64,000 nt of DNA from Hormiphora californensis (GCA_020137815.1 CM035356.1:1426001-1490000), one strand, 5' to 3'. Positions 29,686-45,299 are shown, counted from the first letter of the stretch. Program-made: numbers and translations. The notes: a model not told the origin generated them from the letters alone.

Positions 29686-29774
29686 CAATTGAAGTTTCTA
29701 AATAGTTTCAGCTGTTTGAAAAGGTATGGAGAACATGTCCGGGATTAAATGAAACAATTAGGTACTCATAATTG

Positions 29775-29834
29775 TACTGAAATTCAGTCAAGAAATTCAT
29801 TCTGCAGAACGAATTTCTTGACTGAATTTCAGTA
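29775..29834. repeat. 60-bp palindrome
   Basis: tactgaaattcagtcaagaaattcattctgcagaacgaatttcttgactgaatttcagta. Confidence 0.9.
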
Positions 29835-31511
29835 TAGAATTCTTTGTTAAATGCACTTTGTGAGACTATTTAATAGTCCAAGACATGGACTCCGGACTCC
29901 ATGTCTCATGGTTTTACAGTATCACTCGGTTTTTCTGTGCAATGCATCACTTGAATCACTTAACTTGACACAGTCCACACTTTGCAAGTATGAACAATTT
30001 AACACACCATCATTTCACCAGGTCAACATTTACAGACGGGTCCTGCACGTGGGTCAAGGGGGACTGGGAGCTATTGTTATGTATCCATAGACTAAAGAGC
30101 GATATGGGGAGATATATATTATATACTATAGAACACGCCACGCTATAGAGTCGCATGCCACGATCTAAAGACAACATAATTGGTGAGAGAGAGAGAGATA
30201 GAGAGAGATATGATGACCACGCCCTATTTGCACAACCGTTGGATATAAAGCGATACTATATTTATATCGAGCTATTATAATGATTAGCGCTCTACAGCAT
30301 ATATGTGTGACGTCACATGTTACGTCATTTGCTGTGGACACAACACATGACGTACTTTACAATTACTGTATTGTATTGTTCCACAGCAGAGAGAGAGAGA
30401 GACAGCGGGAACAATGACTTGCTAGACCACCCGGCACATGATAGGGCCAAAAGTAGAAACATACTTTTGGGTCAATTTAATGAAGCATATAATCAGTATT
30501 CACAGATTCCCCATCTCCTTACCACCTCCATGAACTCCCTTGCAGATCTTTCTTTCTCACAGCTATGCAGATTCTCAATTTTCACTTTCAAGGCGATTAT
30601 ATTGTATTGATGTGAGAAATATAATAGCAAGATAATTATGTGTTAGATCGATCTCCACTATATGTTCTCAGAGACAGATCAGAGAGAGAGAGAGAGAGGG
30701 GGAGAGTTATTTTGTCTACACATGGAGCGTGTGATTATGTGACTCTGACAACACGTGCATGTATCTGAAATGGGAACACGAGAGAGATCATGAAACACAC
30801 ATGGACTTGGTTTGTCGTAAATGCTGTATATTGGTACTCGACTACTCATGGGCCAACCCCACTGCAGTGCAGCAGTCTCTTCCAAGTCACAAAGAAATAA
30901 ATATACAGTCTTGATGGTCACTAGTTATACTCGTAAGGGGGACAGTTCTCTCATAGTGTGGTATATTATAGTCCAGCTGGAACAGCCTCTTCAATTCCTA
31001 TTGAATTTGTCGACAGCAGCTGTACTATATTACTATTAGTAATAGCTGTGCTGTACCATTCCAAGGTACTGTTACGTATGACGAATAACGAACTCGATTT
31101 TTAGCTGCCGTACGAGGGATAATAGACAAAAGAAGGGAATGTGCGACCATCATTCTTAAATAATTTTGGTTGGTTTGGTGCATAGAGATTAAAAAGTGAT
31201 AATAGTTAGAATCAGCAAGAAATAAATTCGGTTGGTATCAATGCAGCTATTATAATTCTCTTCGCTATGTTGAACTCACATAGTTCTCTCCTATCATATG
31301 CTTCTGTCCCAAAATAATGCATCTCCCCCATTTTCTCTATTTACTCGTCCCCTTTCACTGCAGAGCGATCCATTCATTCATTCTCTATTTCTCTAATAAC
31401 TGCATGTAGTGTGTGCACCTGCTGTACTGCACTGGTGAATCTGTGCAGGTATATACTAGCTTTCCAGAGTCTTACAAGACAGGATCTGTACTGACTCTCT
31501 ACCCATCGCTC

Positions 31512-31600
<89 letters not shown>

Positions 31601-33657
31601 TCTCTCTCTCTATCTATCTCTCCATATGTTTCTGTTTCTTTTATCATGCCCTACGTCACAATATTCATGATATTGCCTATTTTTTCATCACCTTTTCTTT
31701 CTATCTCGAAGGAACCGCATTTTTCAATGTTATAGACAGGAAAAAATCCTTCAACCCTCCCTCTCTCTCTCTTTCTCTCTCTCTCACTCTCTCGCTCTCC
31801 CTCTCCTACATTTTCTCTTCTAGGCAGTGGGCACACACTGATAGCCGACCACTATTGAGGCACGTTTCCTGCTTATTGACAGATGACTATCATGAATTCA
31901 TTTCTTTTCCATGTTTGTACACACAACTATTTCACTACATCCCAAAAATAACAATTCCAATGATCCCTATTATCCCAAAGTTATCCGGGCTACCACAATT
32001 ATGTGTATTCAAAGGATAATGAGAAACTATCACTTTTACCAATGATAATATGATCGTGTATTGAGTTTAGATTGGATGGGATTGGATTCTGACTCACGAC
32101 AAAACACTTTATTCAACTGGTCCTACCATTATACCGGCCATTCTAGCAACTTACAGCTTCAATAAGCGACCCAATTGACAGGGCCCACGACACGGAATTT
32201 TGGTAAATCCTATGAGGGCCAGCCCCCTCCCGCCCTGCAAGATGCTCCAATAATTCTATTATAATCCATTAGCAGGTTCTCTGCGGATCTGTAGATGCTT
32301 ACAAAAATCTATAAACTAGTGGCATTCTCATAGGATTCCGGTTTGTATTTAATTGACCTGCATCAGAGCTTTTATTTACCTACAGGAGCTGCTCCATCTG
32401 TGGAGCTCCAGCTGGGGATATATTTGTTTTCATACACGTGCAGGGGGGATATATCAACAGCACATGTGGCATTATGTACCATGCAGCAGCAGCTCTGTGA
32501 TTCGTGCACCATCTCACTAATTATACACTACATCCCTTAATGATATGATCTTTTGCACATGATATATATATAGTGGCCCCATTCTCTCAATCTCACAGTC
32601 ACTCTACCTCACAGTCACTCTTCATCCATGTATCTTTCTCTCACTCTCACTCTCTGAGAGTCTCTCTCTTCATCTCTACTATATTATCATACTGACGAGC
32701 CCTTTCTCTCTCATATTCTTGCCTTCCCTCCCCAACCACTCGCAGCTTCCATCCCCCACATGTATCAGTGGCCGGTTACCGGTATGCACACAAAGTAATG
32801 TTTCCCTCATGATACCATCACTCACATATACCCCCCCCCTGATAAACTAAATACACACCTTCAATTTTGCATCCCCCCTTCCCCATGGCGGCTACCTCTT
32901 CCTCCAGCAACCATTTCCTTCCCTGCACCCTCACACGAAGCTTCCCACGGGTGAGAGGTAAATCTTCCTAGTTATTATAACTCTAGAAATGTCTTAATAC
33001 TCAGAATCAGATAAGGGGGGCTCTTGATGGAGTAGTTGTCCTGGAATCAATCTCGCCCTACTACTCACTTCCCCGACTTAACGAGATAGCTATACCCAAC
33101 TCTCTCCGTTACTTATCTTGCACCGCACTCAGAGGAAGACTAGAGAGGTATAAGGAGAGACTTAAAGAGGATATCCAACTTTGTAGACGGTCTGTCTCTA
33201 AAGATTGGTTACGAAGTCACTCTTATTATTGCATATAGGGGTAACTTTTAAGAAAGTGTTTCGGGGGGGGGGGGGGGGGCTAGTTATGCGTACTAGCTCA
33301 GCTATAATTATAGCTAGCTTGTGACACAGTAATAGAATAGCTAGGGTTAATGATACGCTGTCTGACCGTAAATAAAGAGACTATTGTCAAGGTAATATAG
33401 AGCTGTATAATATAGCTGTAACCAGTGTTCCGCTCCTTTTAGCCCTCCACCCCACCCCTCTCCCTCCCTCAATGGAGAGATAGCAGGGTTTACGTAGCTA
33501 CAGTCGAGACTGCTCAATTTAGATCAAACTTCTTTCCCTCCTCTCTCGTGACACTCTGACAGTGACAGTATCGTCGCGACACTCAATGCAGTCACTGGAG
33601 CATGGGCAGTGGGAGAGAGATATAGATATTATGGTGGATAATGGAGAGAGAGAGAGA

Positions 33658-33712
<55 letters not shown>

Positions 33713-33902
33713 GGATAGAGAGAGTAGTGAGATAAATGACAGGGACTGAGGGAGACTAAATTAAAAGTAATAGAACGGAGGAAAGAGGTGATCTCTTTAA
33801 AAAAAGGGGGGCCTGGGCTTAACTCCTTTAATGGGCTGCCAGGGAATATAGAGAAGGTGGGACTAGAAGAGCTTATTAAAAAGAAGCGCTATCTCTCTCT
33901 CT

Positions 33903-33944
<42 letters not shown>

Positions 33945-34671
33945 CATGTCGCAGTGACAGATTGTCGTTTTTCTACCCATTTAAATTCATTTCCTTTCTA
34001 ATCATTCAGAATTCAAAAATCTTCCTATCACAGGTTAACATTTCACATTTATCATTTCCTCAGCTTCTTGAACATCATTGAACCCCATATAAAAAGGGGG
34101 GAGGGGGCACCCCGTTCTTGCCTTGTTCGACCCTCTCTCTCTCTCTCCTCGCCCGGGTGACGGCTTTTACAAAAGTAAAGGAGTGTTAGAACATAACATC
34201 CCCATTTCATATAACCCTTTTAAATTAATGTACAGGTCATATATGGGAACCCTCTTTATCTCCAGTTACTAACCAGTCACAATTACTACGATTAAATAAC
34301 TGTATAATACCACGTAAAAGTAGTACCCATTTTACTCCAGGGCGTACCTCCGAGGGGCACTTGTTATACGAGTTTTCCTAACGACTTTGCTCCAGAGGGG
34401 TATCTATTGTTAGTGGTGTAGGTGAGAGAGAGAGGGGGGAGAGGAGAGAGAGAAAGAGAGAGGGGAGAGGGAAAGAGAGAGAGAGAGAGCGAGACAGGAG
34501 AGGACGACGAGACGGATCGAGACAGTAGACGAGAGAGAGGAGAGAGGAGGAGAAGACGAGAGAGAGAGAGAGACGAGCCAGCGCGAGGAGAGAGAGACTG
34601 AGGAGAGGAGGAGAGAGCAGAGAGAGAGAGAGGACGAGAGGAGAGAGGAGAGAGGAAGATAGACGAGATAG

Positions 34672-34702
<31 letters not shown>

Positions 34703-34826
34703 GGATAGGGTGTAGATGGGTTTAAGTTGGTTAAACACCACTGTGTGTCACCTATAATTGCGGGACCACTAATGCACAGTGTTTTGGAGCCCACTCCTTC
34801 CCATTAACAACACGCTCTGTTCAATC

Positions 34827-34901
<75 letters not shown>

Positions 34902-36318
34902 TCTCTCTCTTTCTATCTCTCTCTCTCACTCTATGCGTTTTGTGTGTTTATATGCTCTGGACTCACAATAAGATTAGAGAGAACAGGTGCACGGGTATAT
35001 TAATTCGTCACCTCTGACCATCTCCAATCTCCTTCTTTTACTCTAATCCACTCTATCTTCCTCCCCAAGCCTCAATCTATTTTAACTCTCATCCACTTTC
35101 TCCTACAATCTTAGTAAGAATCTTACTTGTGTACATGACAGAAAACACGCTCCCATTTCTGGACTCTGGCTTGAGTCTTTTTTTAAAGTATCAAAGGGTT
35201 AAGGGGTTTGAGTAACTCATGTGATTGGTGATAAAATGAATGAATAAAACAGAAAGGGTGTAGATAGAGAACGATTTCTCCTCCTTCCCTTTTTCTCTCT
35301 CTGTCCCATCTGGCATCTTGGAGTTTTACTGAGTACCCTGGGATCTGCTGATGCTGAGAACCGGTGCACCTGGTTTGTGAGGATTGTTGTAACGCGCGAT
35401 GACTCGCTTCTGGTGGTGTGCGCTGGAAGGGCGCGCGCCGGCCCTCTGCCAACCTCGTGCCCCTCTCTCTCTCTCAGCTGTTGATGGAGGAGACCTCGCA
35501 CTTTTGGCGATTGGGTTAGAGAGGGAGCAATCAAGTAATTGGGAGGGCCCCTGTCAATCATTAACATAATGACATGGCTCCCAGAGGGATGTTTACTTGT
35601 ACAGAGAGGGGCTATTATAACATACGTGCCCTTTATTTGATGGACTGCAGTCTGCAGCACGCATGCTCTTAAACCCCCACACTCTCAAAACCTTGGTAAC
35701 GCAGTTCCCCCTACATTGCGGGCACGCTAAAACGTGCCTTACTATCGCAATGCCCTCGACAGAGGGGTAACTTCGTTACCAACTCAAAACCCACTCTCAT
35801 TCTCAAAAACCCCGCATTCTGGGAGTCTCGGAAACTCTGTGAACTAGACAGTCATGCACAAATTAAACAATGGTCCCATTTTATATGACCTCCATTAGCC
35901 ATGGCTAACTCAGCTCTAAGCCATCAGTACCGATTAAATCTCCTTGTTTGGAGTAGAACTGCCAACTAAAACTATTTTAGTGACATAGTCATACCCAATA
36001 CCCATTTAATTAATGCATTACGGTGTGATATATCATGGCATTGCTATGTACGACCAAACATTTGTCTGTCTAGACATGTGTCACCTACAACACTGGCCGC
36101 GAAGCAGCCACATCGAAAACACACAGTCGTGTAGTCTGTTAATGTTATGGATTTGTCTTGTTGAGAAAGGGTGAGACTCAACAAGATTTGTCAGTTGTCT
36201 ACCATTTATCAATCCAAACTGACATTGATAATGTGCGGGGGTATTTATTTTCTTGAAGGAGGGCATTTCCCGGAGAGGGCTGTCATGTCGAATGTCAAAA
36301 TTAGGAGAGACTTTTAAA

Positions 36319-36509
<191 letters not shown>

Positions 36510-37036
36510 CAATGTTGCAGGTGCGGTTATTCGGGCTATTAGCCCAAATATGGATCGTTTTACGAGACAGTTCAGATGTGCACAGTTTGCAGTCATTGTT
36601 GGGTTATCATAGCAAAACTGTCACTTTTTACAGCATCTTATTAGTGCTGCCATGGTTTGTCTTGTATTATAATTGTAGTAAGTTGTTGAGTAACTCAACA
36701 AGTAGTAAGGGGTTACAAGGTTGGTCTGTAATCTGTATCAAAATTAATATTTCCAACTTATTCAAGATCAATTTACTTCCATTTATCATATAATGACCAA
36801 CAATATGAATATGAGTCCCACCATGACTTAAATCTACTGGACTCGGATATCTCCCTACCAGTATACACCTATTAAAACACAGAATTTCCCATTCGTTAAA
36901 TAAATAACAGATACTATTACAAATACAAGAACCTCAAGAATACCAAACAAATATTACTACCAACCGACTTAACTCCAGAACAAATAAAATAAGATAACCA
37001 CTTAAATATTAACTTAACAAATATGGATAAAAAGGC

Positions 37037-37267
37037 TGACAGTGGTCCTCCGACATATTCCGACGTGAAATTCGACCTAGATCTCGACCTGGAATGAGCC
37101 GCGCATCAGAGAGATGTGCCGCAGTAAGAAAATGATGTCGCGCTTCAACTCTTTTCTCTCGCTAGTCTTTGTGTCTCTCTCACTACGAATGCGCGCCTCA
37201 TTCCAGGTCGAGATTCTCGTCGAATTTCACGTCGAGGTATGGCAATTATGTTGGAGGACCACTGTCA
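37037..37267. mobile_element. MITE-like element with terminal and internal inverted repeats
   Basis: tgacagtggtcctccgacat ... atgttggaggaccactgtca, plus an internal pair tctcgacctggaatgag / ctcattccaggtcgaga. No clear TSD. Confidence 0.65.
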
Positions 37268-37490
37268 TATAGATAACATGCGTATTTACAACTTATAAAA
37301 CCCTGCCGCCCACGCACTTTAAAAAGGCCACGGCGGTGTCGGGACAGGGCTACTTAATTCTAATATCCTATTGTACAGGACTAATTGTCCTAGGGCTATG
37401 GATCCTGTTACAGGATTCCTGTAAAGTTACACCCAAGGACCATAACGGTAACCTATCATACCGATATCCCTCTCAATAAGGAAGTGTCTC

Positions 37491-39800
37491 TCATAAGATA
37501 TTCCTCTCTCTGTAGGGTTTATTTTCTAGAATTCTCCGGAGGGAGAAGTTTGAGAGGTCAATTAGGGGATCCTCCCCCACCATCATCTCCGCTAGACACC
37601 TTCCTGCTGCAGGGGACTGCTGAATTCCTGGGGGGAGAGAGATTTGTTATTGACATATTGGTGCAAGATGGACAACACAATCTACTGTCTCACAAAATAG
37701 AAGACTGCCCTCTCCAAACCGGGCCATGTACGACATTGCTGTCGACAGACAATTGATTGAGTGTTCTCACAAGTCTCGATCTATAAAACACGTTTCACGA
37801 GAATTGTTTACAATAAACTATTTACCGTGTCCAGAGAACCCGTTAATGTTGAAGTGATGGTCGGTGGTGGGATGAGGTCCAATGAGCCCGTTCTGGTCGA
37901 GAGTATTGTACTCGTAGTAGCCCACCCAGCCGCCTGTAGAGTTGATCAATTAGAGTCTGAATAAGCTGTGTGAATGTCGAATATATAGAGCAACAATAAA
38001 ACAAGATATATACATCGGGGATCGTCTATCATTATGAATTATGGGTAGCTTGTACAAACACTCTTCAATGGCACACTTACCAAGAATTTTGGTCCCCTCA
38101 AATATGGGCATTCTATAAGCGAGATTTTCCCAAATCTGCTCCGTGAATAGTGAGTCGTCAACCTCCCCAAAATTATTCAGTTCCTAAAAGTATAATTTAA
38201 TAATTAATCAGTAACCAAATTAGCGACATCACCATATGTTGTATCTGTGAACGATGTGTGCCCGAATGAAACCAACCTCTAGATCTGTTTCAAAGGTTCC
38301 TGAGTCGGAGTGTTGCACAATGTAGTGGGGCCCTTCTGATCGTATTACAGTTCCAAGGGGACACAACAGCAGGGGAACATTCCTTGGCCCATCTAGATTA
38401 GGGAACTTAGGATAATTTGCAATTAATTAGGAAAAAATACTATGTTTTGTGAGTTTTCCCGAGTAATACACTAATTAAATATTCAAGTTGAGACCTAGCT
38501 GTTACCTCGTACGGCAATGGTGAATGTTTGGCGCTTTTGAGGGGTCACAGGGAGAGTGAATCTCTTATCGACAGGCAGGGCAGAGTTCAGGAGATTATTG
38601 GTGAAAGATGCATGGATTCCTGTTGCGTTAACAAAATCTCCGTAATGATAGGATGACGGCCCTGAACCTGACACCTGATTGAGGTGTTAGGGTTGGTTTT
38701 TAGTAACCTGCAAAACAGAGGAGAATTGAAATGAATTACATTCGACCAAATATTAACAATATTTTGTTCCTTTAACATCTTAACTTACCTTAACACTCCT
38801 GTCCTCTGTGAACCCCGTAACCCGTCCCTTGACTATCTCCACCCCCAGCTCCTTGACCTTATCCTTGAATGCGGAAAGGAGGAGCCACGGATCAAACCAA
38901 CCCTCGTTTTTATCAACATCTGATGCCAGGACAATATCTTCTGTATTCATAAACGGGTACTTTTCCTGTAGTTCTCTTCCCGTATACCTGGTAAACGGAC
39001 CAGGAATTAATTAGAAAATAACAGTGAAACAATCTCACAAAATAACGTCTAGTCAGAGGATATCAAACAGATTCCCCCCCCCCTCTCAGCCCCATTACTC
39101 ACGTATTAACGTCAACTCCCGCTGCCTTCTGCACTGCAATATTTTCAGCAAGTGTAGGAGCAGTCTCCTCTGTAGCCAGGAACAAATAGGAACCATTTTT
39201 AAAGTTGATATTCACCGTGGTGTCAGGTGTTCCTGAAAAGGGCATTTTGGTATGGTTTGGGTATTGTTGTGTTTGAATTGTTCCTCGAAAGAGCAGTATT
39301 GTTGGCATTATGTAGGGTGTCATAAACATAATCTCCTGGCTTATCCCGGTAGGCTACGAGAGAAACATAAACATCACCTTGAACGATGAGATCAGTTACT
39401 AAACTAAAACCCAGAATCCTGTCAATATTATTACTAAACTTACCCAGAATCCTGTCAATATTATTGATAAACTTCATGGAGTGTTGGGAGAGTTTGATGT
39501 TCTCAGACAGGCTGAATTGTTCCCTAATGGAAGCCCAGGAGAGGGCGGTAGCCGATCTGACATAAGTTGGGTCTGGTTCTAGGACAGTAATACGATCAGG
39601 GGAGATGAATCTGGTGAGATGAAATGCAGTTGATAGACCCATCACACCACCACCTGCAAGGGGAGACGGGTAGTTGTCTGGATAAAAATTATAATCAATT
39701 TATTTGTAATTACATCGGGAAATAGATGATGAAATAATTTATTGGGAGTGCAATAGTTACCTGCAATAACGACATCTCTAATAGCTTTCCCTGTCGCCAT
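37491..39800 (-). CDS. FOXRED1: FAD-dependent oxidoreductase, FOXRED1-like (DAO / sarcosine-oxidase family)
   Basis: Exons 39800-39761, 39653-39444, 39232-39103, 38987-38789, 38674-38506, 38392-38277, 38183-38081, 37933-37826, 37627-37491. Motifs [56 protein letters not shown] and GFSGHGIQQSPA.GR. Confidence 0.92.
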
Positions 39801-40178
39801 ATTTTAGAGCCCCTACCAAGGGAGCAGGCACCCTACAGAGAATAGGTTTTATAAATTAAGTTCAACTCATGCCAAATGGTTCTGAGAACTTGAAATTAAA
39901 GACTTGGGGCAAAAACCAGGAATTGGTAAAGGGGTTCCGGGAAATTGACTCCAGGCAATAAAGCAGAAACTGAATACCAAGCTGTCAGAGCATTGGCCTG
40001 ACACATACAAAGCGTTACAATATATAACACTAACAAACACACACACGTCAAAGCAATACACCAATCAACTATGAAAATACTAGGTATAACACCCCTGTGA
40101 ACTGTGTGAAAACTGCTTTTAATTGGATGCGAACAGGCTGTGACAAATAATATATCAATTATATAAAGTGCTGGGTCC

Positions 40179-41760
40179 CTAATCAGCAAAGTCCGTATCG
40201 TCCTGTTGTTCGTCGTGTTGAGATTGTTCTGGACCAGGACAGTGGCCATTAAGGTCATCTGGATCAGTGTATTTGACCCCACACCACACACAGTAGTAGT
40301 GGGTGTATCGGAGGTAGTGGTTTAGGGAGGGAAGGAGAGACGCATCTTCAGGCTGCCAGTACTGGGAAACAGGGGTTAGTATTCAGTTTGTAAAATGAAT
40401 CCGTATATTGGACAAATGAGTATAAAACACACACTATAATATGAAAGAATGTGAAAGAGATCTGACTATAGGAACATACCTCTATCTCATCATCCTCTTC
40501 ACCATCTACAGCCTGTTGGGGAGGAGGAGGAGGCCAGAACCACGGTTCAGTGGGGGTATATCCACACCTCTCATCCATCTGTTGACACATTGACTGACAT
40601 CTCCGGACTGTACGTGCTATAAACTTATCACCTGCCTCTGTCATTTTACTCCTCCGAAATTGTGCCAACATTTGGGCCTCATTCCGCTGGGAAAGTGTCA
40701 GTAAGATAGGAAATGCAACGAAACCAACAAACAAAACAAACATGAACAAACATGAACAAACAAACAAATAATCAAACAATCAAACAAACAATCAGTCAAT
40801 CAAACAGAGAAATAGAGAAATAAACCTTAAATGCTTCACGACGAGCAGTTTCAAACTTTAATCGTTTCCTGCACTCCTCTTTAATTTTAGTTTCCTGACC
40901 AAGTCCTGATTTCCCATCTTTAAACGGGTCAATCTTGATCGGTTCTGATATTCCTTCGCCTGTAACAGGTTATCATGTTATACGAGGGAGGGCAAACTCA
41001 GTCAGTATAACGTTAACATAAGTTAACATGCTACAAATTCGAAGCAGCAGCTGTGTTTACTTCTCTCTCTCAAATTCTCCCACGGTCCCAGACTGTAGCG
41101 GTCGTGCGCGCGAGCACCCCTATCCTTGAGGCGTATGGAGGACCGCGCGTGCATACCTCGACAAGAATTACACGACTCAGACACAGAGAGAACGAAACCA
41201 GATAAGAAGAATACATAATCAGTTGAACAACTTACCTCCCTTTCCCAGTCCACATCCCGCTTTGTAACCCATCATTTTCATCATCTTAAACCCAGGGTTT
41301 TCCTCCGATATTACATTTGTTTCCAGTCCCTTTTTCAGGGTTTCAGTTGCGTTCAGTTTCCTATCTTTTCCTGCTTGCCTGTGACTCTGATATGTGGGTA
41401 TGTCAGTTTGTGTGTTGGAGGGGTAATGTTGTTTGTATGAGGGTTGCCAGCAAGAAACAATTTGCAAAGTGTGCAGTATATTGGTTCTACATACAGCACA
41501 CACACACACATACAGGACTGATAAATAACATACGAACTTTGCTACCTTTCTGTTTTTGCTGAATAATCTACAGAATGAATAATATACTGCTGCTCTAGTA
41601 AAATTAATTGACCCCCAATTAGCTACTTACCAACCTTAACTGCCTCAGATTGCCTCTTATAGACCTCCAACTTCCGTTTTCCCGTGACACTCCTAGACAG
41701 ACCCGGTTTAACATCCTTAGCCTCCACTAAGAACGTATCGGACATGTAGTCATCGGCCAT
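40179..41760 (-). CDS. GPATCH11: G-patch domain-containing protein 11
   Basis: Start MADDYMSD.FL; G-patch ENPGFKMMKMMGYKAGCGLGK.GEGI.EPI; C-terminal YLRYTHYYCVWCGVKY...DL..HCPG. Exons 41760-41631, ~41378-41236, 40959-40826, 40686-40480, 40361-40179. The exon 1/2 junction is ambiguous. Confidence 0.9.
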
Positions 41761-42015
41761 TTTAAACAGAGGGGCTATAAGGACATAGATGTTTCAAAAT
41801 GGGTAACAAGGGCAGTCATTGGTGTATTGTAGTCACAAAAGATAGTTACATAATGTTCGAAGATATGTAATATGAGGTATCGGGGTATTAGGGTTGCAAT
41901 GTATAGAGATGGATATTGAGACACTGGCATATACTGAGAACTTGATATTTCTTTCTTAGTCGCTCTCTCTCTCATCAACACAGTTAATAAAATAATAAAA
42001 ACAACACTCAACACT

Positions 42016-45000
42016 TCACCTCTTTCTACTACTTGGTTTGGTAAAGTTCAACTTAGTGCCCCCAGAGTTAGCCTGGAACTTTGTATTCAACTGATTAGTT
42101 TGGGCCCACGGAGAATCTGAACTAGTGGTATCCTGATCCAACAAATGTGTATACTTGGTCCGACCACTTCTACCAAAGTTTTTAACTTGCATGACCTTTG
42201 GCAGGATGCTCTTGTCAAAGTGGTCCTCAAGGGTTGGTTTGGAGAAGTCCTGTTTAAGGACTCCCTCCTCGTTGTCAATGTAGAATGCACCTCGGTGGTA
42301 GTACTTTTGGAGGAACCTGTATTTGCCCTTGTCTGCCTTGTTTGTGATTTGTTTGGGGTTCATCTTGGACCACATCTTTCTCTCGTCTTCTGTCATGTTC
42401 CGGACCTTCTCTATCTCGGCCGCCTAGGGAGGGTAGTTTGGAGTTTAGGGATGGGTGAGAGGGGTGATCGTGCGTGGGCCAGGTTGAGTTTTGCAAAAAT
42501 CCCAGAAAAGAGATTATCTGGCTGCAATGGGGAGGGGGAGGACAAGGCTTGTCCTGGACAAGCCATATCCGTATGAAAACCCAAAATACCATAACTTACC
42601 TCTCTCTCCCTGGCCTCCCTTGCCTCTCTCACAGTCTTGATTCTCCTCAGTTCCCTGACCTTCCATGCCTCGTATTCCTCAGCCTCATTCTCATCATCGG
42701 TTATAATGTTCGCTCCTGGGGGAGAGGGGGTTGGGGTGTTGATATCATGGGGGAGAGCGGGGTTGTTAATAACAAGAGAACGGAGCGATAGTAAATAAGT
42801 TGAAGATTGAAGTTTAAATACAAGATAAATCAGGATTTGATGCAGAAATTAAACATGCTGATAGTATTGACATGCTGTGCAGTAGTGTAACCTGGAAACA
42901 TGCCGATTATAGTTTCCCTAACTTACCGTCGTCACTATCTGCAGCCTGTGCTTTCAAGTGTTCTGATGCTAGCTCCTCCTTTATAATCTGTTCCACTAGG
43001 GCATGTGATTCCTTCTTCCTGTTATCCTGTCGTGCCTTAATTGTCTCGTGTTTCTGTTCCTCTATTTGTTCCCGTGCCTCTCGCTCTTGCAGGGTTATCC
43101 GGTCCGATTTACGCACAAATACTGGCTTTAACCTGTGTTGGGAGGTGTGAGTCGCTAATTAGGTGCCGGCAGGCACCTCCGACCCGAAGAAAACAGAAAA
43201 AACGAAAAAAAAAATTTTTGCCCCTGCACCAAATCCAAAAAGTGACGGCCCTATATATACAAAGAATAGAAGATTTTTGGGGGGGGGGGGGGGGGGGCAA
43301 ATTTCAGGCAGCGATTGCGGCCACATCGTTTGAGATATCGACCTGAAATTTTGTAGGCATGTTCTAGTAGTATAACTACGTGTCATAACGTGGCCGGATT
43401 TTTGATTTTTTAATTAATTAATTAATTATAAGCTATCAAAATTTGCCCCTGCACATTGCCCCTGTACATTTTGATTTTTTGCCCCTGCACGCGTGCCCCT
43501 GCACACGGTTTATCTTCCGTTCTGCTTGAAATATCGACTTGAAACTTTGTAGGAATGTTCTTCAATCATAAAAAATGATATTCGAAAAGTGGGAGTATTG
43601 AAAATTAATTAATTAATTAGTTATAGGCATGCAAAAATGGACTTTTTTAGGGCCCCCTGCACTTTTTTTGAAAATGTACAGGGGCAAATACCCCTGCACA
43701 TTTTTTGCAATTTTGATATTCAAACTGTGGCCAAACCGTTTGTTTTTTCGAAATGAAACTTTGTATGCATGTTCTAGTAGTATAACTACGAGTCATAAAA
43801 AGGCTGGATTTCTTATTTTTAATTTAACTAATTAATTATAAGTAATTAAAATTTTGCCCCTGCACCATCTTTCCCCTGCACCGCTGATTTCGACCCCCTG
43901 CACATTTCCTGAACAAGGCAACTAAAAATGGTATATTTTCTGTTCTGCTATAAATAACGACCTAACATTTTGTAGTAATGTAGTTCATGCATATAGAAAG
44001 ATCGACAAAAAGTGGGAATAGTCAAAATTAATTATCCAATTAATTATAAGCAATTAAAATTTTGCCCCTGCACATTTTGCCCCTGTACATTTGCGGCAAA
44101 TGTTGCCCCTGCACATTTTCGGTAAATTTGATATTCGAACTGTGGCCACACCGTTTGATATTTCGAAATGAGACTTTGCATGCATGTTCTAGTGGTATAA
44201 CTACGAGTCATAAAAGAGCCGGATTTCTGATTTTTTAATTAATTAATTAATTATAAGTAATTAAAACTTTTGCCCCTGCACAATTTTGTTTGCCCCTGCA
44301 CAATTTTTGCAACTTTGATATTCAAACTGTGGCCACACCGTTTGAAATTTCGAAATGAAACTGTGTATGTATGTTCTAGTAGTATAACTACGAGTCATAA
44401 CGGAGCCGGATTTTTGATTTTCTAATTAATAAATTAATAATAATCAATTAAAACTTTTGCCCCTGCACAGTTTTGGCAAATTTGATATTCAAACTTTGAG
44501 CCTTTGTGAAAGTTTCATACAGTTGCTGGCGATAGACTCGATAGAGTTCGATTAATTTACCATGACAACGGAGTTGGTTACCATAGCAACCAGGGAATTC
44601 GTTGTAAAATAGTCCTTTCTTGCTATAAACAATATAGTTAACGTGTAGCGCACGCCACAAAAGTTTTAAATTTAAGTTTTTGGGTGAAAAATAAATGGAC
44701 TTTAACAATCGAAACAAAGTGTGCCATTAGATCCTGAACCGAGAAACGAATATTTGTCAAATCGAATTTTGTTTAATGCGCGCCCCCGGTTCCCATTATT
44801 AAATATCGGACTATATGTTAGCAACTTCGGGTCGGACGAGGGGAAGCTTGCCTTTTGCGAACATATAATAATGTCCTAGATTCTTACTTTTAAAAATTTC
44901 TCTCTCTCTATCTCTCTCTCCCACAGGCAGCCCCCCCCCTCCCATATCATCTCTCTTCCTACCTGGGTCCGACATCGTCCTCACTGTCTGTGTATTCCTC

Positions 45001-45267
45001 ACTGTACTCACTGTCTTCACTTCCCTGCTCCTCCTCCTCAACATCCAATAAATCTCTCTCCTCCTGCTGCCGCTCCCTGGCCCGCTCCAGAACCATCCGA
45101 CGACGCCGCTCAATCTGAATTGTTACTTGTTTTGATGACAGTTTCAAGATACATATTAGTTTCAAGCTAGGTACAAATTAGTTCTTAAATTCTTGATTAA
45201 GTAAGCTGTTTCTGTATCAGCCTTCAGGGCTCTGTACTGTGTTTCTATTTCTATTTCTATTTCAGTG

Positions 45268-45299
<32 letters not shown>

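Noticed and set aside
41103-41155. GC-rich stem in a GPATCH11 intron as a possible snoRNA
   Set aside because: The pairing works best antisense to the host gene, and I see no convincing C/D or H/ACA boxes.
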